In this document: one piece after another, positions 28,830 through 38,051 of the stretch
Position numbering within the stretch: position 1 is the first letter of the stretch
How the letters are laid out: every line of letters begins with the position of its first letter
Source: Alphaproteobacteria bacterium
GTDB taxonomy: Bacteria; Pseudomonadota; Alphaproteobacteria; Rs-D84
DNA length: 55,430 nucleotides
Assembly: GCA_009783855.1 (NCBI GenBank)
Contig: WRCO01000003.1
Span: 1 to 55,430 of the forward strand
Reading direction: 5' to 3'
Translations under genes and position numbers: made by a program
Notes under the pieces: model-generated
The model's input: only the letters and a program-made list of their open reading frames with translations
Database searches by the model: none
Told to the model about the DNA's origin: nothing

Positions 28830-29237
28830 AACTAACAACTAACAGCTAACAACTAACAACCTGGTACAGGCGGGTTGTTTTTGCTTGTTCTTATCGTTGA
28901 TGATATTAATTTCACAAGCTCTTTGCAATCCGAATAGATGCTCTCAAACTGTTTCTCTGAAATAAATTCGAGGTTAAGCCAGTACAAGGTCTCCTCGCAT
29001 TCTTTGAATGCAATATGAAATTTAGCTATGAAATCTTTTCTGCTGCTTGCACAGTATGCTTCGGACAAGTTGGCGCCGATACTTGTGCCGGAACGAATGA
29101 CTTGCTTTGATATTACAAACTCTTTCTTTATCTCGCCCAAATATTTGCACATCTTCACGATTCTTGCCGCGAACAAAGCAGATTTTTGCAAAATGGGTTT
29201 GTCTTTCATATAAGCTGTTAGCTGTTAGCTGTTAGTT
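28830..29237. mobile_element. Four-helix-bundle cassette bracketed by inverted heptamer arrays
   Basis: The left arm (AACTAAC/AGCTAAC)x4 at 28830-28860 is the reverse complement of the right arm (GCTGTTA)x3+GTT at 29214-29237. Confidence 0.55.
28853..29209 (-). CDS. Four helix bundle protein (TIGR02436 / 23S-IVP-like)
   Basis: KSALFAARIVK, KQVIRSGTSIGANLSEA, SRKDFIAKFHIAFKECEETLYWL. Confidence 0.92.
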   Translation of the reverse strand: MKDKPILQKSALFAARIVKMCKYLGEIKKEFVISKQVIRSGTSIGANLSEAYCASSRKDFIAKFHIAFKECEETLYWLNLEFISEKQFESIYSDCKELVKLISSTIRTSKNNPPVPGC

Positions 29238-30582
29238 CAAGCACCCGCGCCGGAACATCCTTCATCGCCATGCGCTCTTGCGCCATGGTGTCGCGGTGGC
29301 GCAACGTCACCGTGCCGTCTTCCAAAGTCTGATGGTCGACCGTGATGCAGACCGGTGTTCCGATTTCATCGTGGCGGCGGTAATTCTTTCCTATGTTGCC
29401 GCTGTTTTCCATTTCGATGCGGCCAATATGAAGCTTTCGCAAATCCGCGACCAAATCGCCGGCGCGGCCGACCAATTCCGGCACATTGCGGGCAAGCGGT
29501 ATCACGGCGGCTTTAACAGGCGCAAGCCGCGGTTTTAATTTCAAGACAACGCGCGATTTTTCATCACCCAAATCTTCGTCCGTGTACGCTTCGCACATTA
29601 CCGCGAACATGGTGCGGTTTGTGCCCAATGCCGTTTCGATGACAAAGGGTATAAAACTTTCGCCCGTCTGCGGGTCGCTGTAAGACAGTTTCATCGTGCT
29701 GTCTTTATTATCCATCACCTTTGCTTTTATATCGAATTCGCTTTGCGATTTCGTATGGCTGCCCAAATCGTAGTCGGTGCGGCTGTGAATTCCTTCGACT
29801 TCGTCGAAACCGTCCGGGAATTCATATTCGATGTCTTCGGCGGCGGCGGCATAGAATACCAGTTTTTCATGCGGCAAAAAGCGCAAGCGTTCCGCCGGTA
29901 TGCCAAGTTCGTCAATCCACCACCGCATGCGCGCGGCTTTCCATTCTTGGAATTGTTCTTCTTCTTCGCCGGGTTTTACAAAATATTGCAATTCGGCCTG
30001 TTCGAATTCGCGCATGCGGAACACGAATCCGCGGGGCGAGATTTCATTGCGAAACACCCGGCCGATTTGCGCGATTCCAAAAGGAAGCTTGTGCGGCACG
30101 GCGTCCAGGATATTTTTGAAATTGGTATATGTCGTCGTCGCGGTTTCGTTGCGCAGGTATGCGTTTATTTCGCCGTCCGAAGTCGCGCCGACGGACAATC
30201 CCATCATAAGGTGGAACGCCCGCGGCTCGGTCAAATCTGCAGAGCCGCAGGTATCGCATTTCGTCTGGTCCGCCATCTTATCCTGACGCATGCGAAGTTT
30301 GCATTTCTTGCATTCGACCAACAGGTCGGAAAAGCTTGCCTCGTGCCCGCTGTATTTCCACATCAGGCGGTTGGTAAGCTGTGCGGCGTCAAGGCCTTCG
30401 ATATCGTCGCGCTGATACACCATTGTGTTCCACCAGGATTCGCGGATATTCTTCATCAATTCGACGCCATAGGGGCCGTAATCGTAAGTCCCGCCAAGCC
30501 CTCCATAGATTTCAGACCCCGGGAATATAAACCCGCGGCGCTTGCAAAGTGAAATCACGTCGTTGACATTTTTGGCTGGCAT
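29218..30582 (-). CDS. glyQS: Glycine--tRNA ligase, single-subunit alpha2 type
   Basis: CKRRGFIFPGSEIYGG, YLRNETA, RMREFEQAELQYF, IGKNYRRHDEIGTP. Confidence 0.95.
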   Translation of the reverse strand: MPAKNVNDVISLCKRRGFIFPGSEIYGGLGGTYDYGPYGVELMKNIRESWWNTMVYQRDDIEGLDAAQLTNRLMWKYSGHEASFSDLLVECKKCKLRMRQDKMADQTKCDTCGSADLTEPRAFHLMMGLSVGATSDGEINAYLRNETATTTYTNFKNILDAVPHKLPFGIAQIGRVFRNEISPRGFVFRMREFEQAELQYFVKPGEEEEQFQEWKAARMRWWIDELGIPAERLRFLPHEKLVFYAAAAEDIEYEFPDGFDEVEGIHSRTDYDLGSHTKSQSEFDIKAKVMDNKDSTMKLSYSDPQTGESFIPFVIETALGTNRTMFAVMCEAYTDEDLGDEKSRVVLKLKPRLAPVKAAVIPLARNVPELVGRAGDLVADLRKLHIGRIEMENSGNIGKNYRRHDEIGTPVCITVDHQTLEDGTVTLRHRDTMAQERMAMKDVPARVLELTANS

Positions 30583-30629
30583 GGTTAAAAGCCTTTGGTT
30601 TTCGCGGAAATTATTCCGTCAAATTCATA

Positions 30630-30857
30630 CTAGGAGCCACCACAAGCGCCCGGGCATGTCGCGCAGGCACCGGTGCATGACGGCTCTTCTTTTACAATCG
30701 CGTTTGCGGGACACATGCCGATGCATACGCTGCAATTGACGCACAGTTCGGGGTCGATTTCGTATTTGCCCGCGGCGGCGACAATCGCGTTTGCGGGACA
30801 CATGCCGACGCATACGCCGCACGATACGCATTTTTCTGGGATTATTTTACAGGTCAT
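30630..30857 (-). CDS. 2[4Fe-4S] ferredoxin
   Basis: Two CxxCxxCxxxCP motifs with near-duplicated DNA and extra C-terminal Cys. ATG 30857. Confidence 0.9.
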   Translation of the reverse strand: MTCKIIPEKCVSCGVCVGMCPANAIVAAAGKYEIDPELCVNCSVCIGMCPANAIVKEEPSCTGACATCPGACGGS

Positions 30858-30943
30858 AAAAAACTCCGTTTTTGGTGTTGGTGGCTTGTGCTGGTGGCTT
30901 GTGGTCAAATACCAACCACCAACACCGGCCGCCAGTCACGATT

Positions 30944-31678
30944 TTACCTTCTGTTCAACAACATCAATATATACTGGAACATTGCTATGAATGCTATGTA
31001 CAAGTGAAGCGCGCCCAAAACGGCCAACTGGTCCCGCTGGTAACGGTCGCCCAACTGTGCGTGCGCGCGTTTAAGAAACTGCATGTCGTACGCGGTGAAC
31101 AGCGCGAACACCAAAACGCCGACAAGGCATACGATGGTCATGAACCCGGACCCAAGCGGCCAAATCATCGACGCGATTCCGACAAGTATAAGGCCAATCA
31201 TACCCATGAAAAGGAATACGCCCATAAACGACAAATCGCGCGCGGTCTTGTATCCGAACAGCGCCATGCACCCGAACATCGCGGCGGCGATAAAGAACGC
31301 CTGGATAAGGGATGCCGGGTTAAGGAACAGGGCGCTTGCGATAAGCGGGGTAAGCACGATTCCAAGCGATGCCGCATAAAGGGCAAGAAGGACGCCGGCG
31401 GTTTGCGGCTTCATGCTGAACACCCGTGCCTGTGCGAAAATCGACAGCGCCAACCCGCCGAACAAAAGCGCATAGAATATGAAATTAAACCCGCCCGTCT
31501 GCTGGTTGATTATAAGCGGAAGACCGAAATTTATGGTAAGCCACGACATCAGACCGGTTAATGCGACGGCCCCGAACATCATAAGGAACACACGTTGCAA
31601 GAATGCGGCCATGCTGTCCGCAGGCTTTGTGGCGGCGCGGCGGGCGGCGGGCGTTGATTTTGTTTTTTTGACTGGCAT
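30944..31678 (-). CDS. Bax inhibitor-1/YccA family membrane protein
   Basis: Seven TM segments, YDMQFLK, ALHLYIAFIAMF. Confidence 0.9.
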   Translation of the reverse strand: MPVKKTKSTPAARRAATKPADSMAAFLQRVFLMMFGAVALTGLMSWLTINFGLPLIINQQTGGFNFIFYALLFGGLALSIFAQARVFSMKPQTAGVLLALYAASLGIVLTPLIASALFLNPASLIQAFFIAAAMFGCMALFGYKTARDLSFMGVFLFMGMIGLILVGIASMIWPLGSGFMTIVCLVGVLVFALFTAYDMQFLKRAHAQLGDRYQRDQLAVLGALHLYIAFIAMFQYILMLLNRR

Positions 31679-31737
31679 AATTTTCTCCTTTTATTTTGCG
31701 TGTTCAATATAGTATATTCACATATAAAGGTCAAGTA

Positions 31738-32568
31738 ATGATAATAATTCCACAAATTTCGCCAGTTGCGCTTGAAATATTCGGATTTGGAATCCGGTGG
31801 TATGCGCTTGCATACATTGCGGCATTTATTCTTGGGTATTGGACTGTAAAGAAACTGTCCCGCGGAACTTTGGACAAAAAAGCGCTTGATGATTTGCTGA
31901 CCTATGTGATTATCGGTACGATTGCCGGCGGCCGGTTGGGCTATGTCCTGTTTTACAATTTTTCGTATTTCGTGTCGCATCCATTGGAAATTTTTATGGT
32001 ATGGCACGGCGGGATGGCGTTCCATGGCGGTTTGGTTGGCGTAATACTTGCCGTTTTCCTGTTCGCTCTACGGCGGGAGTGTGCAGTTAAGGAAGGTGAA
32101 GTTTCACACTGCAAGCATGTCGAAAATGCCTTTTGCATTTTCGACATGCTTGCGGTTGCCGCGCCGATTGGAATATTTTTCGGCCGCGTTGCGAATTTTA
32201 TAAATATGGAGGTGATGGGCCGCGCAACCGGCGGACCGTTGGGCGTTGTATTCGCGGGCGCGTTGGACCAGACGCCAAGACATGCAAGCCCGCTTTACGA
32301 AGCCATGACCGAAGGCGTTCTGTTGTTCATCATAACGCTTTGTCTTTGGCGCTGGACGCGGCTTCGCGAATATCCGGGCGCGCTTGCCAGCGTATTCTTG
32401 GTCGGGTATTCGGTGTTCAGAATATTCTGTGAATTCTTCCGCGAACCGGATATCCAGATTGGATTCCTTACCGGTTGGGGATTGACGATGGGCATGCTTC
32501 TTTCGGTGTTTATGTTTGTCGGCGGCGCGGTTTTTTTTGCATACGCGATAAAATTCGGGCGCCGTTAA
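31738..32568 (+). CDS. lgt: Prolipoprotein diacylglyceryl transferase
   Basis: IRWYALAY, GGRLGYVLFY, GGMAFHGG, GRVANFIN, HASPLYEA, EFFREPD. ATG 31738. Confidence 0.95.
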   Translation: MIIIPQISPVALEIFGFGIRWYALAYIAAFILGYWTVKKLSRGTLDKKALDDLLTYVIIGTIAGGRLGYVLFYNFSYFVSHPLEIFMVWHGGMAFHGGLVGVILAVFLFALRRECAVKEGEVSHCKHVENAFCIFDMLAVAAPIGIFFGRVANFINMEVMGRATGGPLGVVFAGALDQTPRHASPLYEAMTEGVLLFIITLCLWRWTRLREYPGALASVFLVGYSVFRIFCEFFREPDIQIGFLTGWGLTMGMLLSVFMFVGGAVFFAYAIKFGRR

Positions 32569-32602
32569 AAGACGCCCGAATGAAAGATAAAATTGATATT
32601 TT

Positions 32603-32887
32603 TTAACGACCGGGTCTTGCCTTGACCACGTCGGCGATAAGCACGGACAACGCATTGGCGCGCTTTGTAAGGGTCGCTCGTTCGATTCTGATGGCGGACG
32701 CCTCGGCATGAAGCGTATTCAGCCGGTCGGGAATGTCCGTGATTACGTCTCTCCGCGTTGTTTTGGACAAGATGCTTTCAAGCACTTCTATCTCGACATC
32801 AATTTGCGACAAAGACAGGGTCATTTGTCCAATTTTAATATGCGAGTCGTTCAACGATTTCCGCATTTTTGTAATATCTGTGGTCAT
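32603..32887 (-). CDS. Orphan coiled-coil protein
   Basis: 94-aa ORF with a TTGACA-16-TATAAT promoter at 32918-32945. Confidence 0.6.
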   Translation of the reverse strand: MTTDITKMRKSLNDSHIKIGQMTLSLSQIDVEIEVLESILSKTTRRDVITDIPDRLNTLHAEASAIRIERATLTKRANALSVLIADVVKARPGR

Positions 32888-33033
32888 ATCGCAATCCTTT
32901 TTGATTTATCTTGCAGAATTATAAACTAAAATATACATTTGTCAACAATTATTTTTGAAATAGGGGCGCAAACCCAAAGCCCGGCCCCCGGGCAGTATTC
33001 AAAATATACAACCAAAGCCCATTGCGCATAGCA

Positions 33034-33774
33034 TCAGAACAGGCTTAGGTTCCCAGGTTTGAATTCCGGAAATTGTTTGTATTCTTTGCCATCAAGAACT
33101 GGCGGTGGTACCGCGCCGCGACAATCGTGTTCGCTGTATTGCTTGAACCAGAACGCCTTACCTTGCGCTAAAGTCCAATCACGGATTTCGCGCACCCAAT
33201 CCGTATTCATAGGCCGGGCAAACGGGCCGGACTCGCCGCCAACGATTACCCAATCTATACCAGTCAAATCCAATCGCGGAATCGGTGACAGCAGTGGCTC
33301 TAAAGACAAATACCGCATTTGCGCAGGCACCATCTTCAAATCCTCCAGCCGGTCAATATATTTGTCCGATTCTATTGTAGCGCCGGCAACAATATGCGGC
33401 AGCCATTCCAAGTGTGGCGACAACTCACGCATGCGACGTGCCCGTTTAGTAAGTATTGTGTATACATGCCAATCCGCACGCTTCATAACCGCAAAGACTT
33501 TCTGTGCATATTCCAACGGCACATCATCATGAAATAAGTCGCACATGGAATCTACAAATATCAGGCGGGGCTTTTTCCAATGTAGAGGAATTCCTAATTT
33601 TTCTGGCCGCAAAGTTAGCTTGAACCCATTTTCATATCCGGCAATGCCTTGTTCGCGTAGACGTTCCGCAATCGGCATAGCATAGCAATTTTGGCATCCG
33701 TCGCTGTATTTGGAACAACCGACAATCGGGTTCCATGTCGCGCCTGTCCATTCAAGAGTCGAATTTATTGCCAT
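33034..33774 (-). CDS. DUF5131 (phage Gp37/Gp68) radical-SAM-like protein
   Basis: EWTGATWNPIVGCSKYSDGCQNCYA, FVDSMCDLFH, SLEPLL, WVIVGGESG, FWFKQ. Confidence 0.92.
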   Translation of the reverse strand: MAINSTLEWTGATWNPIVGCSKYSDGCQNCYAMPIAERLREQGIAGYENGFKLTLRPEKLGIPLHWKKPRLIFVDSMCDLFHDDVPLEYAQKVFAVMKRADWHVYTILTKRARRMRELSPHLEWLPHIVAGATIESDKYIDRLEDLKMVPAQMRYLSLEPLLSPIPRLDLTGIDWVIVGGESGPFARPMNTDWVREIRDWTLAQGKAFWFKQYSEHDCRGAVPPPVLDGKEYKQFPEFKPGNLSLF

Positions 33775-33908
33775 TGTTCAACCTTAGCATGTTTCAGCGA
33801 ATAACACAACACTTCATCCTTGTAGCTGGAAAAGTTGCTTCACAATCTGCAGGTTTATAACCATCAATTGATGGAAAAGAACAAAGAACTGGAAAACCAA
33901 ATCCGAAA

Positions 33909-35201
33909 TCACTGACAAAACGCGGTGAACGGCGGGCGAGAGCGCTCTGTGTCTATAAACCTGTCGCCGCAATCAAGGCAATTAAACATCCTGTCCCGTC
34001 CGGGCATGCCGATTGGTATATTTGCGATATTGCCAAGCATCGGAAGCACCGCAATCGCGTTCGCGACGTATCGCGCGTCCGGGAATACGAAATAAAACGC
34101 GCGCGACGGATGGTTTTCGCAACTGCCCGCGCTTCCGGGATAGCACAGCTGGCTGTATCTTTTTGTCGGGTCCGGCACGCATTTGGTTTCACAGGTCTCC
34201 GGATTCATCGCCGGCATTTCGCATTCGGTGCACGCCGCGGTCGGAACCCGTATAGTCCCGCCGCCCGGCAAAACCCCCGGTCGCGTGGTATGAATGCGGT
34301 CGCATCTGCGAAGTTGTCGCGTTTCCGCAGGATTCGCGGCGCATATCCATTCCATAGTTTCATAATTCAGATGCGCGGCATATCCAGCGGGGCATTCGGT
34401 ATGCATAATCGGGTTCACGCATTCCCAGAAATCGTCAATCATAACCGCCGTTTGGTTGCCCACGCATAATGGCCGGCGGCTGTTGTCCGGGACGCATTCG
34501 CCCGTGCGCGGGTCCAATATCGTCGTGCCGGTGCACACGCGCGCAGGCGTGCGTGACACGCACTGCCACCTGTTAAAGCGGAACACGCGAAGATGTCCCG
34601 GCGCGCACGCGGAAACTCCGCCGATGCCGCCTTCGGTGAATATGGCGCGTCCGGCAACCCCGTATTGCGTTATGTACATGATTTGTCCGGCGGCAAGCCC
34701 AAGCTCTCGCACAATGGCGTCCGGGACTTCGCGCGTCGTGCCGTTGCCAATTATCATTTGAAGCGTTCTGCCGACTTGGGTGATTATTCCGAATCCGGTG
34801 CTTCCGGGGAATTTTTTGGCAAGGATTTCAAGCGTTTTGCCCGTATCTTCCGGCGCCGGCGCGAACGATATTATAAAATTGGTAATGGATTGCCCGGGCC
34901 GCACCGGAACGCATGATGCTGATATTCTCCGTCCGTCGGTGCATATTTTGACGGTTTCGATATGGTACCGCGCGGCGCACGGAGTGTCGTTGTCGATGTC
35001 CACGCGTTCCGCGATTTGAAGCGCCTCGTCAAGCGCGACCGCCTGGGTATGAACATGCGCAAGACATGTAAGCACCGAACCTATGGCGGTTTGCCGTGCG
35101 GCGAATTCGATGGTGTGGCGTTCGACGTTTTGCGACGGACTGTCCATAAGGTACCACCCGGCCATAAATATAAAGACCAAAATCAGTATGAAAACATTCA
35201 T
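33909..35201 (-). CDS. Hypothetical Cys-rich protein with N-terminal TM anchor
   Basis: ATG 35201 within ORF 33909..35306; repeated W.C/C-x6-C modules. Confidence 0.7.
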   Translation of the reverse strand: MNVFILILVFIFMAGWYLMDSPSQNVERHTIEFAARQTAIGSVLTCLAHVHTQAVALDEALQIAERVDIDNDTPCAARYHIETVKICTDGRRISASCVPVRPGQSITNFIISFAPAPEDTGKTLEILAKKFPGSTGFGIITQVGRTLQMIIGNGTTREVPDAIVRELGLAAGQIMYITQYGVAGRAIFTEGGIGGVSACAPGHLRVFRFNRWQCVSRTPARVCTGTTILDPRTGECVPDNSRRPLCVGNQTAVMIDDFWECVNPIMHTECPAGYAAHLNYETMEWICAANPAETRQLRRCDRIHTTRPGVLPGGGTIRVPTAACTECEMPAMNPETCETKCVPDPTKRYSQLCYPGSAGSCENHPSRAFYFVFPDARYVANAIAVLPMLGNIANIPIGMPGRDRMFNCLDCGDRFIDTERSRPPFTAFCQ

Positions 35202-35220
35202 CTCGCCCGCATTATAAAGC

Positions 35221-35248
35221 GAAAAGCGAAAAGTGAAAAGCGAAAAGT
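35221..35248. repeat. Heptamer tandem array (GAAAAGC/GAAAAGT)x4
   Basis: Directly visible between divergent genes. Confidence 0.85.
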
Positions 35249-35329
35249 TTATGATTGAATTCAGATTAAACACTGCTATAATCCGCGAACATGAATCACA
35301 AGCCACCGGCGCGAACCACGAGTCACGAA

Positions 35330-37747
35330 ATGAAAATCAAATCCCGCGAAGAAAAATGGCAGAAACGCTGGCGCGACGCGCGCGCGTTCGTGCCAAAGAA
35401 TGACGGCGCAAAGCAAAAATTTTACAACCTGTTTGAATTTCCTTTTCCGTCGGGCAACGGTCTTCACGTCGGGCACTTGATTCCGTTCGTATCGATGGAC
35501 GTTATGGCGCGGTGGCGCCGCATGCTTGGCCTTGATGTGTTTTATCCGATGGGGCTTGATTCCATGGGAATCACGGCGGAACATTATGCCAAGAAAATCG
35601 GAAAGCATCCGGCGGATTCCGTAAAGGAATTAATCAAAGTCTTCAAAAAAGATTTTGAAATCGTCGGGATTTCGCACGACCCGGAATCCTTTCTGTCCAC
35701 GTCGGACGCGGGGTTTATCAAATGGACCCAATGGATATTCATCCAATTGTTCAATGCGGGGCTTGCGTACAAGGACGATTTCCCGATGAACTGGTGCCCC
35801 GCCTGCATGGCGGCGCTTACCAACGAAGAATTGGAAGACGACGGCACGTGCAACCGGTGCCGCGGCGGGATAGAACAGAAAATCAAAAAACAATGGATGA
35901 TGGCGATTACGAAATATGCCGACCGCCTTGTCGATGATTTGGAACTTGTGGATTATCCGGAACGCGTGCGCACCGCGCAAATAAACTGGGTCGGGCGCAG
36001 CTATGGCGCGGACGTGGACTTCAAAGTGGGCGATGACGCAATGACCGTCTATACCACGCGCGTCGACACCATATTCGGCGCGACGTTTTGCGTGATTGCG
36101 CCGGAGCACAAGCTTGTCGCGAAATGGTTGGACCAGGGCCGGATTGAAAACGCTGACGAAGTCGCCGACTATATCGCCGCGGCCGCAGAGAAATCGGAAT
36201 TCGAAAGAACGGACGCCGGCCGCGCAAAAACGGGAGTACGGTTAAAAGGGCTTGCCGCCGTCAACCCTTATACCGGCGGCGATGTTCCGATATTTGTTTC
36301 CGATTACGTCCTTGTCGGATATGCCCACGGCACGATTATGGCGGTGCCCGCGCACGACCAACGCGACTTTGAATTCGCGAAAAAATTCGACTTGCCGATT
36401 ATTCCGGTTTTGAATAACGGCGATATTGCGGACGGCGCGCAAGAAGGCGACGGGCCGCACATCAATTCCGATTTTATGAACGGCATGAATAAAGAAGACG
36501 CAATTGCCGCCGCGATAAAAGTCGGGGAAAAGGGCGGCTTTGCCCGCGGAACAAAAAAATATAAAATGCGCGATTGGGCGTTTTCCCGACAGATGTATTG
36601 GGGCGAGCCGATTCCGCTGATACATTGCGACAAATGCGGATGGGTGCCGGTGCCGGAAGACCGGTTGCCGCTGTTGCAACCGCATCTGACCGATTTCACG
36701 CCGACGGAAGACGGAGAGGGCCCGCTTGCGCGCGCGGAAACTTGGGTGAATACAGTGTGCCCGAAATGCGGCGGCGCTGCAAAACGCGAAACGGATACTA
36801 TGCCCGGTTGGGCGGGGTCCAGCTGGTACTTTTTGCGCTATCTTGACCCACATAATGACAAAGGATTCTGCAACCGCGCGATGATGGACAAATGGATGCC
36901 GGTCGACCATTACAACGGCCCGATGGAGCATGTGACGCGCCACATGATGTATTCGCGATTCTGGTATAAAGCGCTTTATGATTTGGGACTTGTCCCCGGT
37001 GCGGAACCGTATAAGAAGCGCACGACAAGCGGGCTTATGATGGGCGCGGACGGCCGCAAGATGTCCAAATCGCTTGGCAATCTTGTATCAAGTTCCGACG
37101 TCGTGGAGCGCGCCGGCGCGGACGCCGCGCGGATGACGGTATTGTTTATCGGACCGTTCGGGGCGCTTGTAAACTGGTCCGAAGACACGTTGTCCGGCGT
37201 GCAGAGATTCCTTAAACGCGTCGAGGCGTTCTCGGATAATTTGACCGACGATGCGCTGACGCCCGACCAAGAATTTTTGGTCAACGACTTGATTGCAAAG
37301 ATGACTTCGCGCATCGAAAACATGCAATTCAATACGGGCATAAGCGCGATGATGGAATATATCAACGCGTTCTCCGGCGGGATGCCGCGCCGGGCTTACG
37401 AAATTCTGTTGCAGGTTTTGAACCCATTCGCGCCGCATTTGACCGAAGAAATGTGGGAGAAAATCGGCAACAAGGACATGCTTGTTTTCGAACCGTGGCC
37501 CGTCCCGGACGAAAGCAAATTGAAGCGCGCGTCTGTGACTATGTCTGTGTCGGTGAATGGAAAGCTTCGCGGCACCATATACATTGCGACCGACGCGGAT
37601 GAAAAAACAATTACGGACGCGGCGCGCGCGGCGGCTGAAAAATACCTTGCCGGCGGCCCGTCTGCGCCCGCCGGCGCGGCCGGGGCAAGCATTGTGAAAA
37701 CAATCATAGTTCCGGGGCGGATGATTAATTTTGTAACCAAAGGATGA
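35330..37747 (+). CDS. leuS: Leucine--tRNA ligase
   Basis: HVGH, KMSKS, MRDWAFSRQMYWGEPIP. An alternative ATG at 35291 adds a heptamer-derived extension. Confidence 0.96.
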   Translation: MKIKSREEKWQKRWRDARAFVPKNDGAKQKFYNLFEFPFPSGNGLHVGHLIPFVSMDVMARWRRMLGLDVFYPMGLDSMGITAEHYAKKIGKHPADSVKELIKVFKKDFEIVGISHDPESFLSTSDAGFIKWTQWIFIQLFNAGLAYKDDFPMNWCPACMAALTNEELEDDGTCNRCRGGIEQKIKKQWMMAITKYADRLVDDLELVDYPERVRTAQINWVGRSYGADVDFKVGDDAMTVYTTRVDTIFGATFCVIAPEHKLVAKWLDQGRIENADEVADYIAAAAEKSEFERTDAGRAKTGVRLKGLAAVNPYTGGDVPIFVSDYVLVGYAHGTIMAVPAHDQRDFEFAKKFDLPIIPVLNNGDIADGAQEGDGPHINSDFMNGMNKEDAIAAAIKVGEKGGFARGTKKYKMRDWAFSRQMYWGEPIPLIHCDKCGWVPVPEDRLPLLQPHLTDFTPTEDGEGPLARAETWVNTVCPKCGGAAKRETDTMPGWAGSSWYFLRYLDPHNDKGFCNRAMMDKWMPVDHYNGPMEHVTRHMMYSRFWYKALYDLGLVPGAEPYKKRTTSGLMMGADGRKMSKSLGNLVSSSDVVERAGADAARMTVLFIGPFGALVNWSEDTLSGVQRFLKRVEAFSDNLTDDALTPDQEFLVNDLIAKMTSRIENMQFNTGISAMMEYINAFSGGMPRRAYEILLQVLNPFAPHLTEEMWEKIGNKDMLVFEPWPVPDESKLKRASVTMSVSVNGKLRGTIYIATDADEKTITDAARAAAEKYLAGGPSAPAGAAGASIVKTIIVPGRMINFVTKG

Positions 37748-38049
37748 CAGCCATGAAAGAAGCACAAGAACCCGCACAAATCGTCAAATACGAACTTGAC
37801 TGTTCCAGAACCCCAGAAAGAGGAGGTTGCGTGCATACTTCAACGTGGCCGGGCCGATGCGCTTTGCTGGATGGCTGTCTGAATAGAGCGATAAGAATCC
37901 AAGATACTTTCATCGGCCTGTCGGACAAGGATAACGATACGATTATCATAGACCAGAAAAACTGCAAACAATGCGGCTGGTGTTATAAAACCCGCTGTCC
38001 GGAAGTCAAACTTTATATAAACGGCGAACTACAAAAAAAGACCCGATAG
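37744..38049 (+). CDS. Small Cys-rich hypothetical protein
   Basis: ATGA overlap with the leuS stop; Cys-rich including CxxCxxC. Confidence 0.6.
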   Translation: MTAMKEAQEPAQIVKYELDCSRTPERGGCVHTSTWPGRCALLDGCLNRAIRIQDTFIGLSDKDNDTIIIDQKNCKQCGWCYKTRCPEVKLYINGELQKKTR

Positions 38050-38051
38050 AC

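Noticed and set aside
28853-29209. Diversity-generating retroelement (Avd-like gene)
   Set aside because: There is no reverse transcriptase and no TR/VR pair with adenine-specific mismatches in the window.
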